A program made the translations under genes and the position numbers. The notes under the pieces are model-generated. The model worked only from the letters and a program-made list of their open reading frames with translations, had not been told where the DNA came from and searched no databases. From assembly GCA_965205675.1 (NCBI GenBank), contig OZ242186.1, positions 1,472,001 to 1,536,000 on the forward strand: a stretch of DNA of 64,000 bases, in the 5' to 3' direction. Source of the DNA: Nitrosopumilus sp. Lineage in GTDB: Archaea; Thermoproteota; Nitrososphaeria; Nitrososphaerales; Nitrosopumilaceae. This document shows positions 22,484 through 33,527 of the stretch, one piece after another; position 1 is the first letter of the stretch; every line of letters begins with the position of its first letter.

Positions 22484-23004
22484 CTTCTTGTACTGGATGT
22501 AATGCATCACTTGGTTGGAAAAAATATAATTTTCAAAAACAATGGCACGTTCATGGATATTTTTGTAAGCCATGTATGATAAAAATGGGAGAGGATTGGG
22601 ATGTGCATGGAAAAATCACATTACCAAAAAGATCTTGTGATTCATGCAAAGGCGATTTTTTCTTTTTAACTACAACTTGGCAAAACAAACAACGTCATAG
22701 ATGCTGTCAAGTATGTAAGGATCTTGATTTTACTGAAAACTCTACAAAAGAATTCACATTGCCTCCAGTTCCTTCGCGTATCCCTGTTATGATGGGGGCA
22801 TTTGCAGCGTTTGGAATATTACTAATGATCATAGGATTTGCATATGTAATGTTAGTAGCTCCGCAACAAGATTCAAACATTCTTCATATAATTATTGGTA
22901 GCTCAATGTCTGGTGGTGGATTCATGTTGGCACGAAAGATGGTAAAGGTTAGAAATATCATTCTGGGAAAAACTCCTAAAGCTTCAACCCTGAGCTCAAA
23001 CTAG
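22480..23004 (+). CDS. Membrane protein with N-terminal CxxC zinc-binding motifs
   Basis: Four CxxC pairs and two C-terminal hydrophobic helices; overlaps the dur3 stop. Confidence 0.7.
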   Translation: MTSCTGCNASLGWKKYNFQKQWHVHGYFCKPCMIKMGEDWDVHGKITLPKRSCDSCKGDFFFLTTTWQNKQRHRCCQVCKDLDFTENSTKEFTLPPVPSRIPVMMGAFAAFGILLMIIGFAYVMLVAPQQDSNILHIIIGSSMSGGGFMLARKMVKVRNIILGKTPKASTLSSN

Positions 23005-23012
23005 AAATTATA

Positions 23013-23153
23013 GTGAAAAGAATAGAAGCGATAGTTTTACTATCTAAAGAAAAAGAAATTATAGATGCTTTACAAAAAACCCAAATCGATGGTAGCGGAA
23101 AAGGAGTAAGACAGATCATTCCGGGATTGAGTCGCCATAGTTTAGGCATATAA
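23013..23153 (+). pseudogene. Truncated P-II nitrogen regulatory protein
   Basis: MKRIEAIVLLSKEKEIIDALQKTQIDGSGKG resembles the GlnB/GlnK N-terminus; cut by an IS630 end at 23138. Confidence 0.65.
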
Positions 23154-23594
23154 ATTTTGAATGAATTATCAACTATTCTAACTCAAAAGATCTAGATCGT
23201 AGTTTACACTTACAGAATCACCTCAAAACAAACTAGAGCATTAATGGTAATCTTCAGGAAACCATTTCATGAAAGAAACAAGCATTAATTTTTTGAGAAA
23301 AGCATGCAAGAATGAAAAAAATGCAAAAGCAAAGATGAAGGCTGCAATACTAAGAAAACAAAATATTCCGTATTCTGTGATATGTGCCAGTTTGGATGTC
23401 ATACCATCAACTCTGTCCTACTGGCTAAATCAAATGGATAAAGAGGGGATAACTGCATCACACCACAGAAAATATTTAGCCTCTCGTTGTTTTTTGAGCG
23501 AAAAACAGCTATTATCATTAAGAGATGATTTAATTTTAGGTCCCAGAAATTTGGATTCAGTCAATTCATGTGGAGTACAAGAATGGTAATTAAT

Positions 23595-25727
23595 TGAGAC
23601 ATGGGCATAACTAATTCTAATTTTTGAGTCAATTCTCAAATTATTCAAATCAAAAAAGCTAAGGATCTTATCATGTTTTGTTCATTGTAATGTCAAAACA
23701 AATGAAAATCCCTAGGCAAGATTCTATCGGAATCATTTCTTATTGGTATGTTACATTTGGTGGGAATGTTGTCTTTGTATGAGGAGATACTGAAACCTGG
23801 TAGACCATACGTATACTCTACAATTCTGATGGTACAGCTGTTCATCATAAAGTCATGGATGAGAATTCCAAGCAACAATACATTACATTATTTCCTTTCG
23901 ACTAAAGGTACCAATGATAAATTGCTCAAGGTTTGCAGACTAGCTCAAATTCCAAACAGAAGAACCATCGACAGGAGATTCCAAGTTCTGCCAATTGGTG
24001 ATATAATCAGTAATATGGGAAGTCTGTTTGTATCAGAGAAACTAGTCGATGACATATCTGCATCAGTGGATAGTTCCATGCTAAAAGCAGATGGTCCAGT
24101 ATGGCACAAGTCAGATATGAAAAAGAATAGAATTCCAATCTCAGGAATTGACACAGATGCAAAATGGGGTTTTTCAAAATCAAAGGGTTGGGTATTTGGG
24201 TACAAACTGCATATGAGTTGCAGTACTGGCAAACTGGTTGTTCCACTATCTGCTGATGTCTCAACTGCAAATGTTTCTGATGGTAAAATGTATTATACAA
24301 TAGTTGAATCGCTTTCAGGACTGGTTGAGAATATTTTATGTGATCCAGCATATGATGATAAATCATTATATCAGTTTAGTGATGAGAGACATTTGAGATT
24401 GATTTGTCCTATCAAAATATATCCATCAACACCACCAGAGCGAATCAAACTTGCAGATTTTTATAATTCTGTACAAGGTCAAGAGTTATACTCACAAAGA
24501 AAAGTTTCAATTGAACCTTTATTTGAAATATTCAAAGATACGTTCAACATTAGAACTGTACATGTGAAAGGATTTGACAACGTGAAATCATTTGTGTTGG
24601 TTTGTGTGTTGGTGTATCAGTTGACAGGCCTTGTAGAAACCATAATAAAATAACAAAATCTAATTTTCTAATCCTGTAAGCATTGTATGCAATTAACCTG
24701 TACAACATCTCATTGTCCTGAGTTGTAACATTTCTTGATGTGACATCTCCTGACATTATCTGTTTGATCACAAAAAAGATTGTTTCAGATTTGTTTCTCT
24801 GATGGTACAATTGTACAGGAAAGTTCCTCTTCATCTCCTTTCTGTGAATTCCGCTGGTTCTGTAAATTGGAACTGTTCCATATCGAGTTGGAATTATTGC
24901 AGCTGTGTTGATCTGTTCTGCACCAACATGGTTATTCTCATCATCAAAACCCATGTCACCTAACACAATATCAACTGGAACAATATTGTTGGTTTTGTAC
25001 AACAATGGCAGAAAATCAGGATTATCATGTTGCATGTTGTGGTGTGTCATGACACAGCAAACAAGCTGTGTATTCATGTCAGCACAAACAACAACTTTTA
25101 GGAAATTCCTGCGTAACTGTACTCTTTTTGTATAATAGTATGATGCTGTACTGTAACTGAATCCGCTACCATCAATTCCAGCTAGAACCAGTCTGACTTT
25201 TTTGTACAAAATGAATTCCTGCAACATTTTATGTAACAGATTTCCTTCCAGTCTTGCAGCTGCCTTTTGTAGTGTGGTGTAATGTGGAATGGTAGACAAA
25301 CCAAGATATTCCTGAATTCCTACACATTCTTCTAAAAATTCTGTAAATCTTCTATAACTCTTTGATTCGTACTGTCGTATTGCCAAGAGTATGAGATGTG
25401 TCCAAACAGAATAGATATGATTTGATTTTGGATGTAAGAACCTGGGAATTCTGCATCTGGTGATTATATTGAGTAGTGTTTTGCACATTTTGACGTATGA
25501 TGAGACCATACTGTAATCTGCAAATACAATCCTAATGGATCTAAATTAGCTAAAATGTATCACAATTGGGTTAAAATCAGATGGTTTCTACAAGGCCCAG
25601 TTGACAGTATATTACAACTGTATAATTGGAGCAGAAAATCCAAGAACTGTAAAGAGAATGCTTTGCTGTTAGAGAATTTAGAATGAAATTAGATTTTATT
25701 TTTGTAAATCATTATGCCCAAGTCTCA
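23595..25727 (+). mobile_element. DDE_Tnp_1-type IS (ISNCY/IS982-like; family uncertain), interrupted by IS5
   Basis: IRs TGAGACATGGGCATAA / TTATGCCCAAGTCTCA; 6-bp TSD ATTAAT; VDSS...GYKLH...CDPAYD...RKVSIEPLF. Confidence 0.85.
24627..25597 (-). mobile_element. IS5-family element (transposase ORF 24550-25509)
   Basis: 17-bp IRs GGCCTTGTAGAAACCAT; 9-bp TSD CAGTTGACA; IDGSG...GDMGFD...YHQRNKSETIF. Confidence 0.92.
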
Positions 25728-25929
25728 ATTAATCATGTGAATAAAAAATACAACAAGCCATACTCTGCAAGAGGAATGCATGAATTACTACATAAAATTG
25801 GATCCTCATCTAAAAAACCAAGACAGACTCAGTCACAAATCAGCCTCAAAAGAGGAGCAGAATCGTTTTAAAAAAACAGTCGTTCCAGAATATGCTTAAA
25901 AATAAAGATAAAAAGAGACCGGAGAGGTC

Positions 25930-26234
25930 TTACTCCAATTCTAAAGGAATGTTTACGCTTCCAAAGTCTTCGTTGATTCTAAAGGCATAACTTTTTGAAG
26001 AATCATACTCAAACTCGGTTCCACCATATCCGATGTTTGGTCCAAAGAGAAAATTAAATTCTCTGGAGTCACCAGGATTCAATACAATTTGTCCACTTGT
26101 AAAATCCATTCCAGAGTACTTGAAAACTTTGGAACCATCCCAGACATCATATGCGCAGATAGAAGGACTGGTACAGTTAATTGATGTGATGTCTGAACCA
26201 GTATTTTCTGCAAGCATGCGAATTGTCAATAGAG
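25930..26234 (-). pseudogene. 3' part of a probable extracellular protein gene truncated by IS66
   Basis: Open frame runs from the IS66 end to a stop at 25930, with no natural start. Confidence 0.6.
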
Positions 26235-27645
26235 GTAACTGTCTAGAGTTTTGAAGTACTTTCTTTAATATTTTTTATCTATATCTTTTCTGATCAGTGA
26301 CAAATTACAATATACAATTGTCAGTATATGATGAGCTGGAATATTATCGTAACAGATGTCACTCGCTGGAGCAAGAAAACCGTCAGTTACGCAAAGATAT
26401 TGAATCACTACACAGAGAAATTGCAGAACTAAAACAAACAGTGTCTACACTTGTTGCAAGAAATATCAAAGCAAAACCAAACAAGACTGAAACTGCAAAA
26501 AAGAAGAAAACATCAAGACATCCTAGAAAAAGCAGAAGCAGACGGGCACACATTGATGATGCCATTACAGTTGACCAAAAAGAGTGCAACACATGTGGCA
26601 AATCACTCTCAGAACCAACTGATTCATACACCAGAATAGTAGAAGACATCATTCCTGCAAAAGCAGTTGTGACAAAATATACGATAGTTAGACGATACTG
26701 CACAAACTGCAAAAAACAAATCTCGGGTAACATTCACACTGTACTGTCAAATGAAAGGTTTGGAATTAGGCTCATGGTGCTAATCACATCACTAAAAACT
26801 ATCGGATTATCGTATGGTAAAATATCTCATCTTTTGCAGATGCTCTTCTCACTGCACATTACAGAATCTGCAATTAATCATGCAGTATCAATAGTATCAA
26901 AAGCATTTGGGAGCAGATATGATACAATGATTGTGGAGTTAAAAGAAGATCTAAACATACATGGTGATGAGACAAGTTGGAGGGTAGATGGCCAGAACCA
27001 CTGGTTGTGGGCATTTGTGAGTAAATGGACTGTAATTTACGAGATTGACAAATCACGTTCAATGGATGTTCCCAAGAGAATTCTCAAGGGATATGATGGC
27101 AACATTACAAGTGATTCGTACCCTGCATGGAACCATGTTGGAAGCACTCACCAGAAATGTCACATCCATTATCTCAGAGAGGTTAATGATACCATTAATC
27201 ACAAGAATCCCGGACCAGAATTTGCACCATTTGCCAAGAATCTCAAGAAAATAATTTATGATTCTCATGGTGTGGCAAAAATAAAATCAGAATCAGAAAG
27301 AATCCATGCAAAAAAGAATCTTGAAAGGAGAATTAATCACATCATATCAAAAAAATACACAGAGAAAAACTGTATCAGGTTTGTAAAAAGATTGAAACGT
27401 GAGAGAAAAATGCTTTTTACATTCCTAATTACTGGAACTGATTCACACAATAACACAGCAGAGAGGGCAATCAGACCAAATGTGATAATTCGTAAAATTA
27501 CAAACGGTCATAGAACCATTCATGGTGCTGATTCTCATAAGATACTGATGAGTATAAAGGAGACATGCAGATTACGAGGATTAAACTTTCATGATTATTC
27601 TTTAGAATATCTTGGAGATTTTACTTCAAAACTCTAGACAGTTAC
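26235..27645 (+). mobile_element. Single-ORF IS66-family element, copy 2, intact (transposase 26297-27637)
   Basis: Perfect 24-bp IRs; coiled coil, zinc finger and DDE domain in one 446-aa ORF. Confidence 0.93.
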
Positions 27646-27951
27646 CATTTTTTGGAAATTATTTCATCCCTTAACTAGGAGAACATTATGGCCTATTATC
27701 GTATGTATAGACATCATGGAATATCTATGATAAAGTTAGAGATAGCAGATATCCACTCATCTTCTTTTATTGTGATAAAGACAATATTTTTTATTTTTTT
27801 TAAAAAAGACTTTAGAAAATCCAAGTGTGATTAAAGGATCATTTTTCATAGGTTTCAATGGGTTCATAATAGAAAATTATTTCCAATACACATTAGAAAA
27901 ACTATCAGGTGCAGGTTTTGATATTTATTACCAGAATTCAACAAAACAAAC

Positions 27952-28779
27952 ATGGAAATTTCTGTAGGACATACGCCTGATTCAGATGATGCATTCATGT
28001 TCTACGGAATGTTTACAGGCAAAGTGACATCTCCAGATTTTAAGGTAAATCATGTTATTGAGGATATTGAAAAATTAAATCGTAAGGCTACAAATCCAGA
28101 ACTAGATGTAACAGCTGTTTCAGTTCATGCATGTGCATTTATTCCAAGATATACCATATTGAGAAGCGGTGGGAGTTTTGGGATTAATTACGGTCCAATA
28201 GTTACGGCTAGAAAACAGATGAGTCTTGATGAGATTAAAAAATGTAAAATTGCAATTCCTGGGAAAATGACTTCGGCGTTCTTATTATTACAACTAATGA
28301 TTGGAAAGTTTGATTATGTTGAGATGAATTTCAGCGACATTCCCGAGGCGGTAAAATCAGGAAAAGCAGATGTGGGATTAGTAATTCATGAAACACAATT
28401 ATCTTATGAACAAGAAGGAAATGTCAAAATTTTAGATGTTGGTGAGTGGTGGAATAAAACAACAGGCGGATTGCCAGTTCCACTAGGCATCAATGTGATG
28501 AGAACAGATTTAGGCATGGATACTATAGTAAAATTTGACAAATATCTACAATCATCAATTGAGTTCGGTATTGAAAACTTTGATCATGCAATAGAATATG
28601 CCATGCAGTATGCTCGAGGAAAAGAACGAAGTTTAATTGAAAAATTTGTGAAAATGTATGTAAACAAAATCACTGTAAACATGGAAGATTCAGGTGAAGA
28701 ATCAATTAGAAGATTATTCAAAATGGCAAAAGAACAAAAACTAGTCCCAGATTTTGAAATCAATATTGCCAGCAGGTAA
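27952..28779 (+). CDS. mqnD: 1,4-dihydroxy-6-naphthoate synthase-like menaquinone biosynthesis protein
   Basis: GHTPDSDDAFMFY, GGSFGINYGP, IHETQL, LPVPLG, FVKMYVN. Confidence 0.88.
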   Translation: MEISVGHTPDSDDAFMFYGMFTGKVTSPDFKVNHVIEDIEKLNRKATNPELDVTAVSVHACAFIPRYTILRSGGSFGINYGPIVTARKQMSLDEIKKCKIAIPGKMTSAFLLLQLMIGKFDYVEMNFSDIPEAVKSGKADVGLVIHETQLSYEQEGNVKILDVGEWWNKTTGGLPVPLGINVMRTDLGMDTIVKFDKYLQSSIEFGIENFDHAIEYAMQYARGKERSLIEKFVKMYVNKITVNMEDSGEESIRRLFKMAKEQKLVPDFEINIASR

Positions 28780-28805
28780 TTATAGTACAAAAAAATTTAA
28801 CAATT

Positions 28806-29096
28806 ATGGGAGATGGCATAGGTGGAGCAGTTCTTTCAATTCTTACAAATAATGTTTTTGAATTACTAATCAGCCACACAAGAAAAGACAATCAGGAACA
28901 ATATGGAAAAATTGAAAAAATCATCATGAGCAAAATTGATGACCCAGAACAATCACAATATGAAGAAAAAACAAAAGAAGATTTAGAGAGAGCATTAAAG
29001 GGTAAATTTGTTTCATGTAATGTTCAATACAGAGATGGAAAAACAGATGCACTGGTGTGTAATGTATTTGTACAAAGACCGCCAGAAGGCTTTTGA
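28806..29096 (+). CDS. Hypothetical protein
   Basis: Clean 96-aa ORF downstream of mqnD. Confidence 0.7.
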   Translation: MGDGIGGAVLSILTNNVFELLISHTRKDNQEQYGKIEKIIMSKIDDPEQSQYEEKTKEDLERALKGKFVSCNVQYRDGKTDALVCNVFVQRPPEGF

Positions 29097-29177
29097 GAAT
29101 TCAAAATCCATAAAAAACTTTTGAGACAACTCTCCATGCAGTTATCGTCTAGGGATTAAAAGAACAGCATCTATAAT

Positions 29178-30550
29178 TATCCATGTGAATTGTTTTTATA
29201 CATTTCCTCTCTTTCTATACATCAGGGCATGGCTTTCGCTAGAGAATGGTTTCAATCAAAAGATGGCAGACATGTATCCATACGAGACTATTCTCTCAAT
29301 GCTATCTTCATCCTAGTTAGGATTGTTCGCAGTTATTAGACGAGGCCTTGTCCCTCAATAATTACAACGCGACTTGCAGTCCTAACTATAATTTTGTACA
29401 AATTCTCTCCTCTCCTTTAACATCCAATAAATCACCCTCAGGATCTTTGATGCACCAGCTACTGCAGCTTTGGATGATCCTCTTTTCTTTTTAATGCGAT
29501 TGTAAAATTTTGTAATGTCACTATCCTTGGCATGAATTGCATGAGTGTGTATGCATTCTGTTAGAACCCATCTCAATGTCATGCTTCCCCTTTTTGTTAT
29601 TCTGCCATGGTGTATTGTATCTGCAGAGTTTCTAACTGATGGTACAACTCCTGCATATGCACACAGTTTGTGGGAATCATTGAATCTTTCAATATCTGCA
29701 ATCTCTGATGCAATGACAAGCGAAGAATAATGCCCAATTCCCGGAATCGAGTTTATCAAAATTGCATCAGGATTAACTTTTACAGCAGCATACACTTTGG
29801 AATTAATCTCTGCAATCTGTAAATTAAGGTGGCTGATTTGTTGCAAGAATCCGTCTATTCTGTAATCTCCTAGTGCCTTGAGTCTTCTGTTGTATGTTTC
29901 AGTGAATGTAACTCCTGGAATCTTGATTCCTTCTTGTAACAATATTCCATGAACTGAATTCTTGACAGATGTTCTCCATTGGATTAGTTTTTTCCTATAT
30001 CTTACAAGCTGTCTTTGTTGTACAATCTTTTTGTCTGGAACATAACATGTGGCAATGTATCCTCCTCGTAAAAGATCTGCCAATATCTTGGCATCAATCT
30101 TGTCTGTTTTCTTTTTTGATGCAGCAATTGCCTTTGTCAAATATGGGTTTGAGAGTGTGACGTTTTTGTATCCCAAAGTATCTGTGAGAAATCGATACGT
30201 GTCATACCAGACTGATGAGGATTCCATTACAATATTTGCAGAAATTGGTATTTTTGCAAAATGCTTTTTTATGGATTCATGCGTGTTATCCACTTTGTCA
30301 TTTTGTAATACTTTGCCTGCATCATCCATTTATTACTTGAAGAAACTTCTTGTGCAGGTCAATGCCCACAAACATGCCTTTCTTTGGATTTTTTCTAATC
30401 TGTTTGTTTGTAATCTTTTTTGGAGCCGAGTATTTACGAACCTTGGAACTAGATTCATTTTTTATGCTATCTGATTTCCTTGCTTTCTTATTCACATATC
30501 CATGTGAATCCCTTTTAACTATTGTCGGTATTTTTGCCATATTAATTACA
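29178..30550 (-). mobile_element. IS110-family element A, transposase frameshifted near 30330
   Basis: MFVGIDLHK, VMESSS, KKTDKIDA, SIPGIG, YAGVVPSVRNSA, ITKRGS; long 3' non-coding end. Confidence 0.9.
29230..29388 (-). ncRNA. Candidate bridge/seekRNA of IS110 element A
   Basis: Two stem/internal-loop domains, homologous to and covarying with 30550-30715. Confidence 0.65.
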
Positions 30551-30715
30551 GCTTACGCTAATACACTCATACTTTCAATCACAGATGAAACCAGACACAT
30601 ATCCATTCGGGGTTCTCCCCCAGTACCATCTTCATCCATTTATTAGGTGAAACCGCGGTTATAGTTTCGAGGTATTATGCATCCTCAATGTGAAAACGCG
30701 GCCAAACTCCTAACT
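30550..30715 (-). ncRNA. Candidate bridge/seekRNA of IS110 element B
   Basis: Stems TTAGG/CCTAA, CGCG(G)TT/AACCGCG, GAGG/CCTC, GGGG/CCCC; same layout as in element A. Confidence 0.65.
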
Positions 30716-31832
30716 GTAATGTTTTACAAATTATTGATGACATTGAACAAATTCTCTCCTCTCTTTTAGCATCCAATATATGACACGCAATAACTTTGAT
30801 GCAGCAGCAACTGCTGCCTTTGAGGTCCCTCTCTTTTTCTTAATGCGATTATAAAATTTTGTAATGTCGCTATCTAGTGCGTATCTAACATGTGCATGAA
30901 TCGCCTCCACTAGCAACCATCTTAGCATGGTGCTTCCTCTCTTTGTAATTCTTCCGTGATGTATTGTATCTGCAGAATTTCTCACCGATGGAACAATCCC
31001 TGCATATGCACATAACTTGTGAGAATTTGAAAATCTACTAATCTCTGCAATTTCTGAGAATATGCTCAATGCAGTGTATGGTCCAACTCCAGGTATTGAT
31101 GTCAAAATACACACACCAGGATTATCATTTACCATGCGACGTATCATGGAATCTATCTTTGCAACCTCCTTTTTGTGAAATTTTATGCTTTGTAGGTACG
31201 AATCTATTCTATAACTCTCCAATTTTCCAAGTGCACGTATGTGTTCTGAGGAAAATGGTGTTGCTTTGATATGGATTCCCTCCTGTAGTGTAATACCATG
31301 TATGGAATTCTTCATCTTTACAATGATGCGCACAATCTTGTGTCGATGTCTTACAAGCTGTCTGTATTGCACAATTGTGTGATCTGGCACAAATGATTCT
31401 GCAATGTATCCCTCCTCGTAGCAAATTTGCAAGATGGTACGCATCAATTTTATCAGTCTTTTTGAGTGATGATGCTATTATCTTTGTGTTGTATGGATTA
31501 GATAGTATAACATCAAGATGTAATTTGTCTGTCATGTGTCTATAAAGGCCATACCAGACAGATGATGACTCTAAAACATATTTTGCGTTCTTTGGAATTT
31601 TGGATGTAATTTTGCTAATAGCAGAAAAATCACTGGAAATCTTTTTGTTAAATAATAATTTGCCAATCTCATCTACTGCTGCCACCTGTACAGAGTTCTT
31701 GTGAACATCCAATCCTACAAACATCAAATATTTTTTTTCAGGAAGGGTAGTGTGTTTGTTTGCATTTCTTACTTTCTTGATACGAATGCAAGTACCATCT
31801 AATTTCCTAGCTGATTTTGGCACATATGGTTA
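30550..31832 (-). mobile_element. IS110-family element B, transposase frameshifted near 31410
   Basis: MFVGLDVHK, LESSS, KKTDKIDA, SIPGVG, YAGIVPSVRNSA; an extra G in the LRGGY codons. Confidence 0.9.
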
Positions 31833-31945
31833 TAGTTATTAGTAAAGTTATGATTAAAATTAATATTGTAAAATCATATGTATTATCTTGATTTTTTGTA
31901 TTTTGGGCTATTTTGAGAGCAGTTAGATTCATTGGCTGATCCATA

Positions 31946-32281
31946 TTGATTTCTGAAGCATCAATTAAAATTTCTGTTAATTTTAAAAAAAGTATTGATT
32001 ACTCCTATGTAAGAACATGTTCTGATGGTAGCGCTATTGTAAGCTTGATTGTGATTAGAGATGTTGATATTTCTTTTGATATTATTACAACTGCAGAAAG
32101 GTATGCAAAAGAAAAAGATTCTTTCACAGTACATGTTAATACTCTTGAAAAAGTATCTAATGAAATTGATTTAGAACTATCTGAGTGGATTATCCATATT
32201 GTAATTGGTAAAATTTTAATGATAGGTGTGGTTATGTTTATGTTCCTGAGAAGATCTAAATCTAATTTGGAAGAAGAATAG
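31946..32281 (+). CDS. Hypothetical, possibly a fragment with a C-terminal membrane anchor
   Basis: ORF with a hydrophobic C-terminal helix and charged tail, next to the IS110 end. Confidence 0.4.
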   Translation: MISEASIKISVNFKKSIDYSYVRTCSDGSAIVSLIVIRDVDISFDIITTAERYAKEKDSFTVHVNTLEKVSNEIDLELSEWIIHIVIGKILMIGVVMFMFLRRSKSNLEEE

Positions 32282-32298
32282 GAAAAAAGAGAAGAACT

Positions 32299-32508
32299 CT
32301 AGTTTTTTCTTATTTTTCTTTTATCTCTACAAATACCACAAAGATATTTTTTTGTAAATTCATTTAATTCTTTTTTAAATTCATTTGTTTGGAAATATTT
32401 TTCTCCTGTTTTTAATCCTCCTGGCACAGATTTCCCACATATGATGCAATGAATTTCCAGATTAAATTTTATAACTTTTTCATTTTTTGATATTTTTCCT
32501 ATTATCAT
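32299..32508 (-). CDS. Small CxxC zinc-binding protein
   Basis: CIIC...CGIC in 69 aa. Confidence 0.7.
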   Translation of the reverse strand: MIIGKISKNEKVIKFNLEIHCIICGKSVPGGLKTGEKYFQTNEFKKELNEFTKKYLCGICRDKRKIRKN

Positions 32509-32594
32509 GAGGGCTTATTTTCTTTCATTTTGACATAAACAATAGTGTTTTCCTAAATCTCATGGATATTATATTGAAAAATTGACTTCAGTAC

Positions 32595-33527
32595 ATGTTT
32601 GCAGTGTGGTTTAGGGTAATTCGCATACGTTTTCTATTAGCATCTGTTATTGCTGTATCCGTAGGACTGTCTCTGAATTGGTGGCAGCACTCTTCAATAG
32701 ATTTGATGGATGCACTTCTTACTTTTGGAGGTGTTATGGCACTTCATACTAGTGTTGATTTATTAAATGATTTTTGGGATTTTAAACGCGGTATTGACAC
32801 TGCAACAAAAAGAACAAAAATGAGTGGCGGTACTGGCGTACTGCCTGAAGGCTTGCTTACACCCTCTTCTGTTTATCGTGCTGGTATTGCATTTTTAATA
32901 ATTGGATCTATGATTGGCAGTTACTTTGTTATTACTGATGGCATCACCATTGCCATAATTCTCGGGTTTGCAATCTTATCTATTTATTTTTACTCTACTA
33001 AAATCATTGACTCTGGTTTGGGGGAATTTTTTGTGGCTGTAAAAGGTGCAATGATTGTCATTGGAACTTTTTTTATTCAATCTGGGCAAATTTCTGTAGA
33101 ATCTATCCTTGCCGGAATTTCTGTAGGATCTCTTTCTGCACTAGTATTGTTTATTGCATCTTTTCCTGATCATGATGCAGACAAGTCCAAAGGCAGAAAA
33201 ACTTTGGTGATTGTAGTAGGAAAACAAAAAGCTGCGAAGTTATTTTGGGTTTTTCCTTTAGTTTCTTATTTGGCAATAATCATTGGTGTTGCTACCACCC
33301 TTTTTCCAGTATTTTCTTTGATCAGCTTATTTAGCATCCCACTCATGATAAAATCGGGATTTGGATTACAGAAAAATTACAATTTTGTAAACGATCTTGT
33401 CCCATACATGTCTACAACTTTGATGTTTAGCAGAGTTACTGGAGCGTTGTTTGTGATTGGATTTTTAATTTCTGTCATGTGTAATCAGTTTTTCGATAGC
33501 TTCTTGTTACTGGAGCGTTGTTTGTGA
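32595..33527 (+). CDS. UbiA/MenA-family prenyltransferase with altered C-terminus
   Basis: NDFWDFKRGID and DHDADKSKGRKTL aspartate motifs; the original end GFLIGM* survives at 33550, after the duplication. Confidence 0.88.
   Translation: MFAVWFRVIRIRFLLASVIAVSVGLSLNWWQHSSIDLMDALLTFGGVMALHTSVDLLNDFWDFKRGIDTATKRTKMSGGTGVLPEGLLTPSSVYRAGIAFLIIGSMIGSYFVITDGITIAIILGFAILSIYFYSTKIIDSGLGEFFVAVKGAMIVIGTFFIQSGQISVESILAGISVGSLSALVLFIASFPDHDADKSKGRKTLVIVVGKQKAAKLFWVFPLVSYLAIIIGVATTLFPVFSLISLFSIPLMIKSGFGLQKNYNFVNDLVPYMSTTLMFSRVTGALFVIGFLISVMCNQFFDSFLLLERCL

Larger units (their letters stand above)
23138..25900 (+). mobile_element. IS630 pseudo-element hosting two nested IS elements
   Basis: MKETSINFLRKACKNEKNAK...WSTRMVI|NHVNKKYNKPYSARGMHELLHKIG is continuous across the 23595-25727 insertion; the same left end occurs near 59109. 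Confidence 0.75.

Noticed and set aside
30322-30645. 14-bp match TCATCCATTTATTA between the IS110-A frameshift site and the element B non-coding region
   Set aside because: Short and AT-rich, with no mechanism I can support; probably chance.
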